Numbered from the stretch's first letter, positions 18,080 through 28,564 are shown. The stretch is DNA of 50,841 bases from Deltaproteobacteria bacterium (GCA_037441725.1 JBBIRT010000003.1:1-50841); one strand, 5' to 3'. Translations and numbers: made by a program. The notes: generated by a model not told the origin, from the sequence alone.

Positions 18080-19213
18080 GTGATCATCATGACCATTTCG
18101 AAGCAGGAGTTTGAACGACGCTACAGGGCGATTCGGGAACGGATGAAGAAGGAGGAGTTGGATTGCCTTCTTGTGGTTGGACTTCCCGATGACTTTAACC
18201 GTGGCAACATTCGTTACATTACAGGTTATGGAAATGGAGGCTGTTGCATTTTTCCATTGGAGGATCCTCCTATCTTTCTGATACGGCCGTATCAAAGGTC
18301 TTGGGTGAAACTTCAGAGAACCATTGGGGCGATCGACTTGCTCGATTTGAGAGAGACATCTAACCCTATTGAACAAGTGATAAAGGAATTGTCCCGATAT
18401 GATCAGGGGAACAAAATTGGACTGGTTGGGATGAACTGTATCTCTGTTCCTATGTACTCGGCAGTAAAAGAAAAGCTTCACGAGAGGCTCGTAAATGCCA
18501 TTGGAATATTCGATCAGCTACGAGCGATCAAGAGTGCAGAAGAAATTGAGAAGACACGAATGGCCGCCTCCATTGCTGATAAGGTATATGTTCTCCTCAG
18601 AGAGATCATCCGGCCAGGTCTGAGTGAATATGGGATTTATGGAAGGGTAAAGAAAACGATTTATGAAATGGGTTGTGAATATTCATTTGACCTAATTGAT
18701 GCCGCAGGGGCCATGATGAATATGTCATTTTTCCCCACGGCTGACCAATTAGAATCAGGAGGGACCTTGTTCTATGAAATCACCCCTGCCTACGAAGGCT
18801 ACTATGCACAACTTCCTGTCACGTTACCGGTAGATGAGTATCCTCCCCATGTTCTCAAAATGGTGAGGACATGGGCTCAATCAGATAAAGCGGTCCAGAA
18901 GATCCTCAAGCCAGGGACAAGGTGTGCGGACCTCTATCATCTATTAGTGAATACCGTCCAAGAGAATGGTTTCATATCCCCTTACGAAGTAGGTCATGAT
19001 CTCGGTCTGGATGTTCATGGACCTCTTTATATCAATGAATCTTGCAATACGATCCTCGAATCGGGCATGGTCATTGCCCTCCATGCAAGTGTCATGAAGG
19101 AGATCGGAGGGGATGGATGCGGGATGGGTTACACCTACTTAATTACAGATGAGGGAGCCGAGAGGCTGAGTAAAATTGACCTGGCCAAAGATCTGATCGG
19201 AGAGGAAGGATAA
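18080..19213 (+). CDS. M24 family metallopeptidase (Xaa-Pro peptidase/creatinase-like)
   Basis: Creatinase-like N-domain plus a pita-bread domain (IKSAEEIEKTRMA..., HDLGLDVHG). The start may be ATG 18089. Confidence 0.8.
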   Translation: MIIMTISKQEFERRYRAIRERMKKEELDCLLVVGLPDDFNRGNIRYITGYGNGGCCIFPLEDPPIFLIRPYQRSWVKLQRTIGAIDLLDLRETSNPIEQVIKELSRYDQGNKIGLVGMNCISVPMYSAVKEKLHERLVNAIGIFDQLRAIKSAEEIEKTRMAASIADKVYVLLREIIRPGLSEYGIYGRVKKTIYEMGCEYSFDLIDAAGAMMNMSFFPTADQLESGGTLFYEITPAYEGYYAQLPVTLPVDEYPPHVLKMVRTWAQSDKAVQKILKPGTRCADLYHLLVNTVQENGFISPYEVGHDLGLDVHGPLYINESCNTILESGMVIALHASVMKEIGGDGCGMGYTYLITDEGAERLSKIDLAKDLIGEEG

Positions 19214-19345
19214 ACAACAACGAGAGCATGGATATCATGAAAGATGAGAAATCCTTTGTATGCTATGCCCACCAGTATTATGAACCAAACGGTCTATCTC
19301 GCTATCACTCTAAATAACCCTATGGAGGGTAAATGAAATCCTTCT

Positions 19346-20542
19346 TCAGGTTTTGCCGCCCCTCATGAAAATGGCACAAACTCCAGTTACGACAATCATC
19401 GTTGAACTGGCAAGGGTAAAGCAAACATTAAATCCCCATCGATCAATGATGGTTCCCATAATGGGTGCAAAGATGGCCCCTGTATAATGCATGGTAAAAT
19501 AATAAACCCCAAAGAGGGTGGAGCGGTAGCGGGATGTGGTCTGTTCCATGATAAAGACTTCAGAGACTGGCCAACGCAGAGCATTACTCAACCCAATCAA
19601 GAAAAGGAGGGTAAAGAAACTAAAGCCCCACCCTACAAGGGGAATAAAATAGATTAATCCTCCACTGAAAAGGCCCGTGATGATGATAATGGGTACTCTT
19701 CCAATTCGATCAGAAAGGTATCCTCCTACTGGCCCTGCCCAGAGACCTGAGAAAAATACGATCGAAAGCAAGGAGGCAGCCGTCTTCTCGGTCACCCCGA
19801 GGTGATCCACTGCATACAAAGTCAGAAATGCGGTAATGGACATCCCTGCCCCACCTGCAAGCACTGTCATGGTTAAAAAGGCAACCATGCGTCTGACATT
19901 TCCAGGGGGAGGGGGTTTCTCTTCGCCTAATCCCCTCCTTACAATCTGCGCCTGAGTTTTACCTACCCTTCCCCTAAGATAAAAATAGAAGATCAGGCCA
20001 AAAATGGCAGTAGGAATTGCTAGTCCAAAGAAGGAACCTCGCCAACCCCAGACTCCTGCAGTTGCTCCTGCAACGACTGGAGCTAAAAAGAAGCTGGCAT
20101 TCCCTCCAATGAGGTGATATCCAAGAGCCCGTCCTTGGTGTTTTGGCTCTACCGACTTGGAAATAAGGGGAGTGGCTGCCGGATGGTAACCCCCTGCCAA
20201 TAACCCCATCAGGATCAGAAAAATAAGAAGCATCAGATAGGTCTGTGAAAACCCAACCAGTATTCCAGCCAGGGCCACGCCAAGGATCCCTACCATCATC
20301 AAGAACATCGGTCCAAAACGATCGGCAAACCATCCTGCTGGTACCTGGGCCGCTCCGTTGGCAAGGGCAAAGGCTGAGGTAACCAAAGAAGCCTGAGCAT
20401 ATCCCAAACCAAATTCGGTTCTGATGAAGGGGAGAAGCGGCATGGGCAAGGCAGTCAACAAATGGTGGGCACAGTGGGCTAAAATATAGAAAGGGAGAGT
20501 AGTGATAAAAAATGATCGTTCCTTAGATTTAGGATTATCCAT
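19346..20542 (-). CDS. MFS transporter
   Basis: About 12 hydrophobic segments and the GWFADRFGP motif-A-like loop. Confidence 0.85.
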   Translation of the reverse strand: MDNPKSKERSFFITTLPFYILAHCAHHLLTALPMPLLPFIRTEFGLGYAQASLVTSAFALANGAAQVPAGWFADRFGPMFLMMVGILGVALAGILVGFSQTYLMLLIFLILMGLLAGGYHPAATPLISKSVEPKHQGRALGYHLIGGNASFFLAPVVAGATAGVWGWRGSFFGLAIPTAIFGLIFYFYLRGRVGKTQAQIVRRGLGEEKPPPPGNVRRMVAFLTMTVLAGGAGMSITAFLTLYAVDHLGVTEKTAASLLSIVFFSGLWAGPVGGYLSDRIGRVPIIIITGLFSGGLIYFIPLVGWGFSFFTLLFLIGLSNALRWPVSEVFIMEQTTSRYRSTLFGVYYFTMHYTGAIFAPIMGTIIDRWGFNVCFTLASSTMIVVTGVCAIFMRGGKT

Positions 20543-20633
20543 ATCCTTTCCTTTTTTAGGATTGATATAAATAAAATAACTTCTATCCCTCCGTCAAGAA
20601 AAAAATAAAGTTGAAGGCCTCACGCATTCGGGG

Positions 20634-20840
20634 CATTAGTCAGGGAGGTCAGAGAAAATTTTATTGCGGAAACCTCGTCTTGTCCCATAGCTACAGAATT
20701 CCTTTTACCATGGAAGGCAATGGTTTGTTGGAGGATATAACTTTTACCAAGCTATTTTTGAAGTGCTCCGCTTGATAAAATTTTCAGAGATATACCTGCC
20801 TGATTCTAATAGGGTTCCCCCCTTCAGGGATGCATTACAC
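20634..20840 (+). repeat. copy A of a ~205-bp diverged repeat (decayed Bcr/CflA-type MFS gene fragment)
   Basis: Aligns by eye along its whole length, at roughly 70 percent identity, with 26808-27010. Shared blocks include GTCCCA..AGAATTCCTT, CTTTTACCAA and CCTGCCTG.TTCT.ATAGGGTTCCC..TTCAGG.ATGCATTACA. Confidence 0.6.
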
Positions 20841-20970
20841 TTGAATTAAAACCATCTATGCTTTAAGTATTATCATCTTGTTTCATTCTCTTCTATAAAG
20901 ATCTCCGGAAACATGAATGAAAAACGCGGAACTTAATTCCAATCGAGAGATCAAAGAAGAATAGACCCAT

Positions 20971-22191
20971 ATGGATCGTAAACAAAAGAATACCATTTTG
21001 ATTGTTTTAGGCACGCTCTCAGCAATTGCTCCATTCTCAGTAGATATGTACTTACCAGGATTTTCGGCAATCGCTCGAGACCTGAGAACAGACATGGCTC
21101 ATGTTGGCCTTACCTTGACCAGTTATTTTTTTGGGATCTCATTAGGCCAGTTAATGATGGGCCCAGTGGTTGACCGCTATGGCAGGAAAAGACCATTAAT
21201 AATTGGACTATTGGTCTATATCTTATCTGCCATCGGATGTGCCTTGGCTCCCTCGGTCTATACCCTGATCGTCCTTCGATTCTTTCTTGCCATGGGATGC
21301 TGTGTAGGGATGGTGGGTGGAAATTCGATCGTCCGTGATCTCTTCACCGGACGTGAGATCGCCAGGGCCCTCTCCCTGATGATGACCATCTTTGGAGTAG
21401 CACCTATCATTGCTCCCACGCTCGGGGGTCTGATCACTGCCCACTTGGGCTGGCGCTTTGTCTTTGGTGCCCTTACCCTGATAGGGATCTCTGTCCTCTT
21501 AGCTATTTCCTTACTCCTTCCTGAAACCAAAAAAGCCGACCCCACAATCTCCCTTCTCCCAAAAGAGGTCATATTGGGTTATCTTAAAGTATTTAAGGAA
21601 AAGACATTCCTCCTTTATATCCTGGCAGGTGCTGCAGGAAGTGGAGGCCTATTTTCTTACATCACAGGATCACCCTTTGTCTATATGGATCTATTTGGTT
21701 TTACCCCAACTCAATTTGGATGGATCTTTGGTGGGAATGCCTTAGCCATCGTCCTCGGTAATCAATTGAATAGGATTCTACTAAGAAAATATGAGAGTAC
21801 CTGGATTTTATATCGCATCACAGCGATTCAATCGGCCATTGGCATTCTATTGATTACAGGGACCTGGATAGACTTTTTACCCAAACAGGGATTTGTGGGT
21901 CTGATGGTGATGTTTTTATTCTGTTTCGGTTTTATCAATCCGAACTCAAGTGCACTGGCCTTACAACCCTTTTCCAGAAACGTCGGCAGTGCCTCTGCCA
22001 TCATGGGCAGTACCCTGATGATCTCAGGGGCTGTGGCCTCGGGATTGGTAAGCTCGCTCCATAATGGAACAGCCATTCCAATGACCCTGATGTTAGCCCT
22101 CTATCCCAGTGCGAGCCTCTTTCTGCTCACGACCGGAAGACGTTTATTAAAGATCAAACATACCTTTCCTATTTCTGAGGACCATCGATAG
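20971..22191 (+). CDS. Bcr/CflA family multidrug-efflux MFS transporter
   Basis: The LGTLSAIAPFSVDMYLPGF start and GPVVDRYGRKRP motif are typical of Bcr/CflA. Confidence 0.85.
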   Translation: MDRKQKNTILIVLGTLSAIAPFSVDMYLPGFSAIARDLRTDMAHVGLTLTSYFFGISLGQLMMGPVVDRYGRKRPLIIGLLVYILSAIGCALAPSVYTLIVLRFFLAMGCCVGMVGGNSIVRDLFTGREIARALSLMMTIFGVAPIIAPTLGGLITAHLGWRFVFGALTLIGISVLLAISLLLPETKKADPTISLLPKEVILGYLKVFKEKTFLLYILAGAAGSGGLFSYITGSPFVYMDLFGFTPTQFGWIFGGNALAIVLGNQLNRILLRKYESTWILYRITAIQSAIGILLITGTWIDFLPKQGFVGLMVMFLFCFGFINPNSSALALQPFSRNVGSASAIMGSTLMISGAVASGLVSSLHNGTAIPMTLMLALYPSASLFLLTTGRRLLKIKHTFPISEDHR

Positions 22192-22239
22192 TGAGTGGAC
22201 CCATGGATTTGAATCAATCTTAAGAAACTCTATCCTGTT

Positions 22240-23574
22240 TCACCTCCTGTATACCCCATATTCCTTAGCCGCCTCAAGCAAAGCCTTCAAATTCTCAACC
22301 TTTGATTCATCCGCCGTTGCCCCTGGGGCTAAGATGTAACCCCCTCCCTTCCCAGCCGTCTCAATCAATTTTTTACAATGCATTTTTACTTCATCCGGTC
22401 TACCTGTAATGAGTAACGAAGTAGGAATGTTCCCCATGAGGCAGGCCTTATCTCCGAGAATCTCCTTTGCCCGTTTCATGTCTGTTTGATCAAAATGCCA
22501 AATGACTTTACCTCTTGGGAGGTCTTGAATGATTTCTAGTCGCGTATTATAGCCCCCTTCAGCAAAAAGGACGGGGACCAGGCCTTCTTCCACACATCCT
22601 AAGATCACCCTCCTGAGATATGGCCAATAAAATGTTTGAAACTGCTTTTCGGACATAAAACCATCAGCCCCCCTATGGAGGGGAAAAAATGTTATTGGAA
22701 CACCAGTAAGATCAGCCATAGCTGTTGCTCTTTGAATAGTTTCAGGAACTGTTCTCTCCATAAATTCTATGACCTTCTCGGGTTGTCGGAACATATCCAT
22801 AATTGTTCCAACTGTTCCTCGAAAAGAGGCTCCGATAGAATCCAGTGGAGCACCCCCACCCACGACTCCTCTTGAAAATGGCGGAAGTCCTGATGCCATC
22901 CCCTTAATTTCAATCTCAGTAATCACCTTCCGCCAATTTGCTTCCTCTCTGCCTGCCTCCCGGAATGCCTCAAAGGCAGCCTGAACTTCTAAATCAGCAA
23001 AAGCGGATAATCCGCCGTGGATTCCTCCAATCGTTTGGAGAGGAGGGAGTTTCATAAATGGCTCAGCAGCCCCATAGACCCTGGGGAGATAGGTTCTAAA
23101 ATGGAAATCGGAGGGATCCCGGAAAAAGGCCTCCCATTCATCAGCCTTCATATATTCGGCCTCCACATATTGTGCAGCACAATTGTCAGGAAGCCCATTT
23201 CCAGGCCATTTTAACATCTTGGACTTCAGGATATCTAAAATTTTGCCACATCTCACCAGGCCTGCTCCTGGAAGGGCATCAAGTTCAAAGTCTTCCATGT
23301 ATTTCAGCCAGGCCCGAGTAAGTTTTTCTGCGTCATACATCACTTCTCTCACGGTATATCCTGAATATCGGGCAGGCACATGACCTGGATGAAAAACGAC
23401 AGGGACTCGATCTGGTTCTTTCAACTTAATCACGTCAATGAACCTGAAGACCCTCTCTTGATATAATCTCTCCGCTTCCTTATTGATAAACATTACTCCT
23501 TTAGGCGAAAGCCATTGTTTAAACCTTTCCTCCCTCTTTTCATCCGAAGACAGTTCAGACCACTTTCTTTCCAT
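22240..23574 (-). CDS. uroporphyrinogen decarboxylase (URO-D) family protein of unknown specificity
   Basis: About 444 aa with a URO-D/MtaA-like fold pattern. GGAGAG lies 7 nt upstream of ATG 23574. An alternative GTG at 23604 overlaps the kinase stop codon. Confidence 0.65.
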   Translation of the reverse strand: MERKWSELSSDEKREERFKQWLSPKGVMFINKEAERLYQERVFRFIDVIKLKEPDRVPVVFHPGHVPARYSGYTVREVMYDAEKLTRAWLKYMEDFELDALPGAGLVRCGKILDILKSKMLKWPGNGLPDNCAAQYVEAEYMKADEWEAFFRDPSDFHFRTYLPRVYGAAEPFMKLPPLQTIGGIHGGLSAFADLEVQAAFEAFREAGREEANWRKVITEIEIKGMASGLPPFSRGVVGGGAPLDSIGASFRGTVGTIMDMFRQPEKVIEFMERTVPETIQRATAMADLTGVPITFFPLHRGADGFMSEKQFQTFYWPYLRRVILGCVEEGLVPVLFAEGGYNTRLEIIQDLPRGKVIWHFDQTDMKRAKEILGDKACLMGNIPTSLLITGRPDEVKMHCKKLIETAGKGGGYILAPGATADESKVENLKALLEAAKEYGVYRR

Positions 23575-23600
23575 ATCTTCACTCTCCAATTGGATTTTAA

Positions 23601-26600
23601 TCACCTCTTATTTTTTGGAAGGCTGGGATCCCCCTTATCATCCAATACCTCCCGGATCTTCTTAGAGAGCTCTCTTATATTGAATGGCTTTTGAATAAAA
23701 CCACTACAGCCTCTTGCCAGGATCTTTTCTGCCTGACCATCCAAACTGTAACCGCTTGAGAGGATAACTTTAATATGTGAATTGATATTCTTCAAGGCCT
23801 TAAAGATCTCCCCACCCCCGGTCACAGGCATAATCATATCGAGGATCACCAGGGCGATCTCTTCTTGATGCTTTTTATAAATTTCAATTGCCTCTTTTCC
23901 ACTTTTTGCTGATAATACTTTATAACCCAGGGCCTCTAACATCTCCTTCCCCACTTGGAGGACGATCTCTTGGTCATCAATAAGAAGAATGGTCCCCGCA
24001 CCTTTTACGATCTCATCGGAGACGATTTTCTCTTCAATCTGTGCCTTTTCGGAAGCGGGGAGGTATATATTAAAAGTTGAACCCTTCCCTTTTTCGCTAT
24101 ACAAGGTAATGGTTCCATTATGATTCTTGATGATGCCATAGGCTGATGCTAATCCCAATCCTGTCCCCTTTCCCAACCCTTTCGTGGTAAAGAAAGGTTC
24201 AAAGGCCCTTTGCTTCGTTTTTTCATCCATCCCTACCCCTGTATCCATGACAGAAACTTTGATATACCTTCCTGGTTTTAAGGTATAGAGTTGGCATTGG
24301 ATTTCATCGAGGATAACATTTTGAGTCTTCAGGTGAAGTTCCCCTCCTCTCGGCATGGCCTGCCAAGCATTCACAAAGAGGTTTAAAAACACCTGTTCCA
24401 TCTGTCCCCGATCGACATCGACCCTCCAAAGATCCTTTTCAAAATCTCTATTGATATGAATCTCCTTTCTTGTCCTTCCAAAAATTTCCGAGGTCTTAAG
24501 TAGAAGATCATTTAAATTCGTTGTTTTTACCTGGTACTTTCCTCCACGGGCAAAGCCTAAGAGCCGATTGGTAAGATCTGCACCGCTTTGAATCTGACTT
24601 TCAATGATCTTAAGCTTCTCATAGTTGGGGTGCCGGGGATCTGTATTCATTAGGATGAGGGAGGTATAGCCGAGAATGGTCATGAGGAGATTGTTAAAAT
24701 CATGGGCAATCCCACCGGCGAGGGTACCAATGGCTTCCATCTTCTGGGCCTGGCGAAGTTGGAGTTCTAATGTTCTTTCCCTGGTGATGTCGATCATTGT
24801 TCCTGTTGCTGCTGGCCGTCCATGATAGAGGATGAAACTGCCAAGAACCTTTACATGGATTACCTGACCATCCTTTCTAACCGTCCTGAAATCATATTCA
24901 ATCTGATTCGCCTCACCTGTCAAACGTCTTATCAAATTATCTTCCACAATCTTTTTATCATCAGGGTGGGTAATTTCGATGGGATTTAATCGATCTACCA
25001 CCTCTTCATAGGAATAACCAAGCATCTCACACCATCTTTGATTCACGAATCGAAAGAGATGATCCTGAATGATATAAAAACCGGCAAGGGAATTTTCCAC
25101 CACGCTTCGATACTTATTCTCCGATTCTAAAAGGGCCTCCTCAGTCTGTTTCCGCTCCGTGATGTCAATCAACGTACCGATCAGAGCAGGCCTTCCCTGA
25201 TATAGGGTCCGAGAACCATAGACTTCAAGATGGAGAATTCTATTGTCCTTGGTGAGTCCTCTGACCTCGTATTGAACGGCTTGGCACTCATCGGAGAATC
25301 TCTTTTGGATCTTCTCCTCTGCCAAAGGCCAGTCTTCCGGAAAGACCAAATCCTTAGGGCCTTTCTTATTTAGCAATTCTTCGACAGTGTACCCATTCAT
25401 TTCGGCCAGTCTTTTATTGAGGTATTTAAAGATACTATCCTGGACCAGAAAAACCCCAACCCCTGCCTCCTCAGCTAAGGCTTTAAACTTGTTCTCTGAT
25501 TCTCTTAAGGCCTCTTCGATATGCATCTGTTCTGTATTTCTGGCTTCTAAAGCTTCTGCCATCTCATCAAAAGCCTTTCCGAGCTGCCCGAATTCACCAT
25601 CCTCTTCATTTAAACCCGACCTGACTTTCAGGTCCCCCGATCCCAATTTTCGTGAAACTTCAACTAATCGATTGAGCCTCCGGATAATCATAAAATCCCC
25701 TAAGAATAATGCCACTATCACAGCAATGACAAAGGCAATTCCCAAAAAGACCAAATTGGTCAAAAGAGCCTTCCTCGCAGGAATAAGAGCCGTCTTCTCT
25801 AGGACTCCAATTCTTAGGTAAAGGTAAGGATGGGCATCGTCTTGGAGATGAAATCTTTTATATGAATTAAGGAAGTTGACCCGATCCTCTCCCAAGGTTC
25901 TAAAAATTCCTTGAATGAATGGACCGGACATCTGTTTGATATCTTCAACCCTCTCTAATGACCCTCTATCGCTTCCCTGTTTGGGGTAATGGTAAAGAAC
26001 CCTCCCTCGATGATCACTTAAGGAGATGGTTGAGCCCTTGGGTAACCTCTCTCTCGGAAACCTCTGATCGTATCGATCAAAATTAATAGAAACAGCAATG
26101 ATTCCTTTAAACTGACCCTCTCCATCAAGGATAGGGTAGGAAAAGACAAGAACAGGTTTCTTTACAGCAGAACAAATCTCATATTCTCCTACTGAGAAAT
26201 CTTTTCTCCTTACGGCCTCTTGAAAATATTTTCGGGTCTTCAGGCTCAGTGGAGAAGTGGGGAGGGGGAGATGGCCAGAGGAGTGGAGAAACCCCTGGGC
26301 ATTGACCACAAATAGGGTACTATAAAGGGGATTCTGTTTTAAAAGTTCTACAAGAAGTTGATTGCTGGCCTCTACCCTCATGTGCCGAATTTCAGGAACC
26401 TTGGCTAAGGTCATCAGAAACTGTTTTGTACTTTCTATACTCTGCTCAATATCGTAGGCAAAACTTTTTGCTACTTCCAGGGCTTCGTGCTCAGCATGTT
26501 CAATTTCGTGAAAACTCTGATCGACTCCTGAGTAGATAATAATTCCTAATGCAGGGAGGACAGAGATAAAGACGATGAAGAGGAGTTGTATCTTGATGTT

Positions 26601-26621
26601 CTGAAAAAATGGGAACGTCAT
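23601..26621 (-). CDS. hybrid sensor histidine kinase/response regulator (periplasmic Cache-like domain, HAMP, 2x PAS, HisKA, HATPase, REC)
   Basis: H-box [10 protein letters not shown]-boxes DTGVGMD and GTGLGLA, and a C-terminal receiver domain (ILLIDDQE...LDMIMP). Confidence 0.9.
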   Translation of the reverse strand: MTFPFFQNIKIQLLFIVFISVLPALGIIIYSGVDQSFHEIEHAEHEALEVAKSFAYDIEQSIESTKQFLMTLAKVPEIRHMRVEASNQLLVELLKQNPLYSTLFVVNAQGFLHSSGHLPLPTSPLSLKTRKYFQEAVRRKDFSVGEYEICSAVKKPVLVFSYPILDGEGQFKGIIAVSINFDRYDQRFPRERLPKGSTISLSDHRGRVLYHYPKQGSDRGSLERVEDIKQMSGPFIQGIFRTLGEDRVNFLNSYKRFHLQDDAHPYLYLRIGVLEKTALIPARKALLTNLVFLGIAFVIAVIVALFLGDFMIIRRLNRLVEVSRKLGSGDLKVRSGLNEEDGEFGQLGKAFDEMAEALEARNTEQMHIEEALRESENKFKALAEEAGVGVFLVQDSIFKYLNKRLAEMNGYTVEELLNKKGPKDLVFPEDWPLAEEKIQKRFSDECQAVQYEVRGLTKDNRILHLEVYGSRTLYQGRPALIGTLIDITERKQTEEALLESENKYRSVVENSLAGFYIIQDHLFRFVNQRWCEMLGYSYEEVVDRLNPIEITHPDDKKIVEDNLIRRLTGEANQIEYDFRTVRKDGQVIHVKVLGSFILYHGRPAATGTMIDITRERTLELQLRQAQKMEAIGTLAGGIAHDFNNLLMTILGYTSLILMNTDPRHPNYEKLKIIESQIQSGADLTNRLLGFARGGKYQVKTTNLNDLLLKTSEIFGRTRKEIHINRDFEKDLWRVDVDRGQMEQVFLNLFVNAWQAMPRGGELHLKTQNVILDEIQCQLYTLKPGRYIKVSVMDTGVGMDEKTKQRAFEPFFTTKGLGKGTGLGLASAYGIIKNHNGTITLYSEKGKGSTFNIYLPASEKAQIEEKIVSDEIVKGAGTILLIDDQEIVLQVGKEMLEALGYKVLSAKSGKEAIEIYKKHQEEIALVILDMIMPVTGGGEIFKALKNINSHIKVILSSGYSLDGQAEKILARGCSGFIQKPFNIRELSKKIREVLDDKGDPSLPKNKR

Positions 26622-26645
26622 AACCCCTTTTAAAAAAGGTTAATT

Positions 26646-26683
26646 AAAAAAAAAGCCTGGCTTCGCCAATTCGAAGACCAGGC
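26646..26683 (-). terminator. intrinsic terminator 25 nt upstream of the hybrid kinase start codon
   Basis: The minus-strand RNA reads GCCUGGUCUUCG-AAUUGG-CGAAGCCAGGC (11 bp with 1 bulge), followed by U9 (26654-26646). Confidence 0.7.
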
Positions 26684-26737
26684 CCTCGTTATCCTTTTTC
26701 TTAACCCATTCATCAAGATGGATTCTCATTGCCCTTT

Positions 26738-26766
26738 TCCATACACCAACCTGAGATTTCTGTCAA
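26738..26766 (-). promoter_or_regulatory. candidate sigma70-like promoter upstream of the kinase leader
   Basis: On the minus strand: TTGACA (26766-26761), 17-nt spacer, TATGGA (26743-26738). The architecture is homologous to the promoter at 28310-28338. Confidence 0.35.
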
Positions 26767-26807
26767 GTCATTTCTAAGAGAGCCCTTAATGCCTCACCCG
26801 TTCAAGG

Positions 26808-27070
26808 AATTAGGCAGGATATTGGAGAATATTTTATAACCAAAACCCCAGTTTGTCCCAAAACTCAAGAATTCCTTATGAACGGGAAGGTTAGGATGGG
26901 TTGGATGAAATAGCTTTTACCAACCCCTATTTAAAATGATCCGCTTTATATAATTATTGGAGATATTCCTGCCTGTTTCTCATAGGGTTCCCACTTCAGG
27001 ATGCATTACAGGTTTCAGGGGCCCTGACCTCTGGAATGGTCAGCTATCTCCATAATGCAACAGCTATTAT
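26808..27070 (+). pseudogene. copy B of the diverged repeat, a decayed 3' fragment of a Bcr/CflA-type MFS gene
   Basis: 27012-27068 translates to VSGALTSGMVSYLHNATAI, compared with ISGAVASGLVSSLHNGTAI in the intact gene at 20971-22191. Upstream it reads LGRIL (compare LNRIL) and has multiple stops. It overlaps the 3' end of the opposite-strand MFS gene. Confidence 0.55.
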
Positions 27071-28257
27071 TTCTTATATTCTTTTATCACAAGGATGGCA
27101 GGTAAGGCCAAAACCGATAGAATAGCCCAAGAGATAAAGGGAAAACCCACGTTTACATCTGCCAAGCTATTCCCCAAGGGAGGAGCTATGAAAGCACCAA
27201 ACATGCCCATGGTGCTTGCTAATCCTATAGCCGTACCACCATAGGTACTTCCAACACCCTTCATCTCGATCGTCAAAACAATTAAGAGAGCAGAACCGCC
27301 GCTTCGAAAAAAACTCACCAGGATAAGCAACCCCCATATCGCTGGCCCATGGACAATGGATAATAAACCCAGAGAAACGGACATGATGAGGATAGATAAA
27401 AAAAGCACACCTATTTTTGACCCAAATCGGTCAGATAAATAGATAGTGGGAATGATGCCAATACAGCTAACACCGATGAGAATGGTAATCGCACCATCTG
27501 CCAAGGTAGGGGTCCACCCAATAGTCCGCAAATAAAGTGGGAGGTAACCGATTAACCCGGTATTGGCTCCCCATTGAGTAAGCGAAATCAATCCAATCAG
27601 CCACACTTCTTTTAGTCGAATCACATGGAATAGTGCCTGCCGGAAGGAAACCTCTTTTAAATCAGTAATTGATAATTCACTTTTTACCGGCTCTTTACCT
27701 GTCCAAAGCCACAATAAACCTACGATCATAGAAGGTACACCAAAAAGAAGTAAAACATACCTCCAACTCCCGAAAAGAGGTGAAAAGATCGTCGCACTTA
27801 ACATTGTTCCTGTCATTGCTCCAATAGACCAAGCCACATTAATAAGAGCATTCGTGATGTTCAGGTGTCTTCGACTGAACCAGACAGCAGTGACTTTGGG
27901 CACGACACTCGGCACCATAGCCACGACAAGACCGAATAGAAACATTGTACCTGACAAGGAGAGGAAATTGTTGGATAGCCCTCTCAGGGCACCCAATACA
28001 CCACAAAGGAAACACAGAACAATCAGCGTGTTCTTTACACCAAACCGGTCAGCAAGCAATCCTCCAGGAAGTCCTACGAAAACACCTGCCAGGGGGTCCA
28101 TTCCCCAGATTGCCCCTATGGCCACCATACTCAAACCTAAATCGGCAGCAATCTCCTTGAAGAGAACAGGCATGCACATCCTCTGCGCTCCTGCAGTAGC
28201 TCCATAGGTAAGCATGGCTAATAATAAAATATACCACCTGTTATTTGAGTCCTTCAT
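27067..28257 (-). CDS. MFS transporter
   Basis: About 12 hydrophobic segments and the GLLADRFGVK motif-A loop. Confidence 0.85.
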   Translation of the reverse strand: MKDSNNRWYILLLAMLTYGATAGAQRMCMPVLFKEIAADLGLSMVAIGAIWGMDPLAGVFVGLPGGLLADRFGVKNTLIVLCFLCGVLGALRGLSNNFLSLSGTMFLFGLVVAMVPSVVPKVTAVWFSRRHLNITNALINVAWSIGAMTGTMLSATIFSPLFGSWRYVLLLFGVPSMIVGLLWLWTGKEPVKSELSITDLKEVSFRQALFHVIRLKEVWLIGLISLTQWGANTGLIGYLPLYLRTIGWTPTLADGAITILIGVSCIGIIPTIYLSDRFGSKIGVLFLSILIMSVSLGLLSIVHGPAIWGLLILVSFFRSGGSALLIVLTIEMKGVGSTYGGTAIGLASTMGMFGAFIAPPLGNSLADVNVGFPFISWAILSVLALPAILVIKEYKK

Positions 28258-28309
28258 TTTAACCGAGGGATGACTTCATGTTTTTAAACAAATTATGGTC
28301 ACTGCCCAC

Positions 28310-28338
28310 TGCATAAATCAACGTTGAACTTCTGTCAA
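28310..28338 (-). promoter_or_regulatory. candidate sigma70-like promoter for the MFS gene
   Basis: On the minus strand: TTGACA (28338-28333), 17-nt spacer, TATGCA (28315-28310). It is preceded by GAGCTCTCTCTATAAGAAC, as at the kinase promoter. Confidence 0.35.
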
Positions 28339-28377
28339 GTTCTTATAGAGAGAGCTCTGAAAAACTTCCAGGAATGA

Positions 28378-28393
28378 ATGGAGAGGTGTCATG
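28378..28393 (-). repeat. inverted copy of the CATCACACCTCTCCAT repeat
   Basis: The reverse complement, CATGACACCTCTCCAT, matches 28518-28533 and 3-18 with 1 mismatch. Confidence 0.65.
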
Positions 28394-28515
28394 CCAAAAC
28401 TTTTGAATGCAGGCGTTTAATTTATGGGTAACCGTCGCCACTGCTAATAATAGTGTAATTTCATCATGTTTCGAAATTTGTGCTTTAATATTAAAGGGAT
28501 CTGCTCAAAAGTTTT

Positions 28516-28533
28516 TCCATCACACCTCTCCAT
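28516..28533 (+). repeat. 18-nt repeat TCCATCACACCTCTCCAT
   Basis: Identical to window positions 1-18. Confidence 0.7.
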
Positions 28534-28564
28534 TCTATATGGCTTAAGATACTTTTTCAGAGAT

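Noticed and set aside
19228-19317. 29-codon ORF (MDIMKDEKSFVCYAHQYYEPNGLSRYHSK) between the convergent M24 peptidase and MFS genes
   Set aside because: It has no SD, no associated RNA structure and no recognisable family. It cannot be distinguished from a chance ORF.
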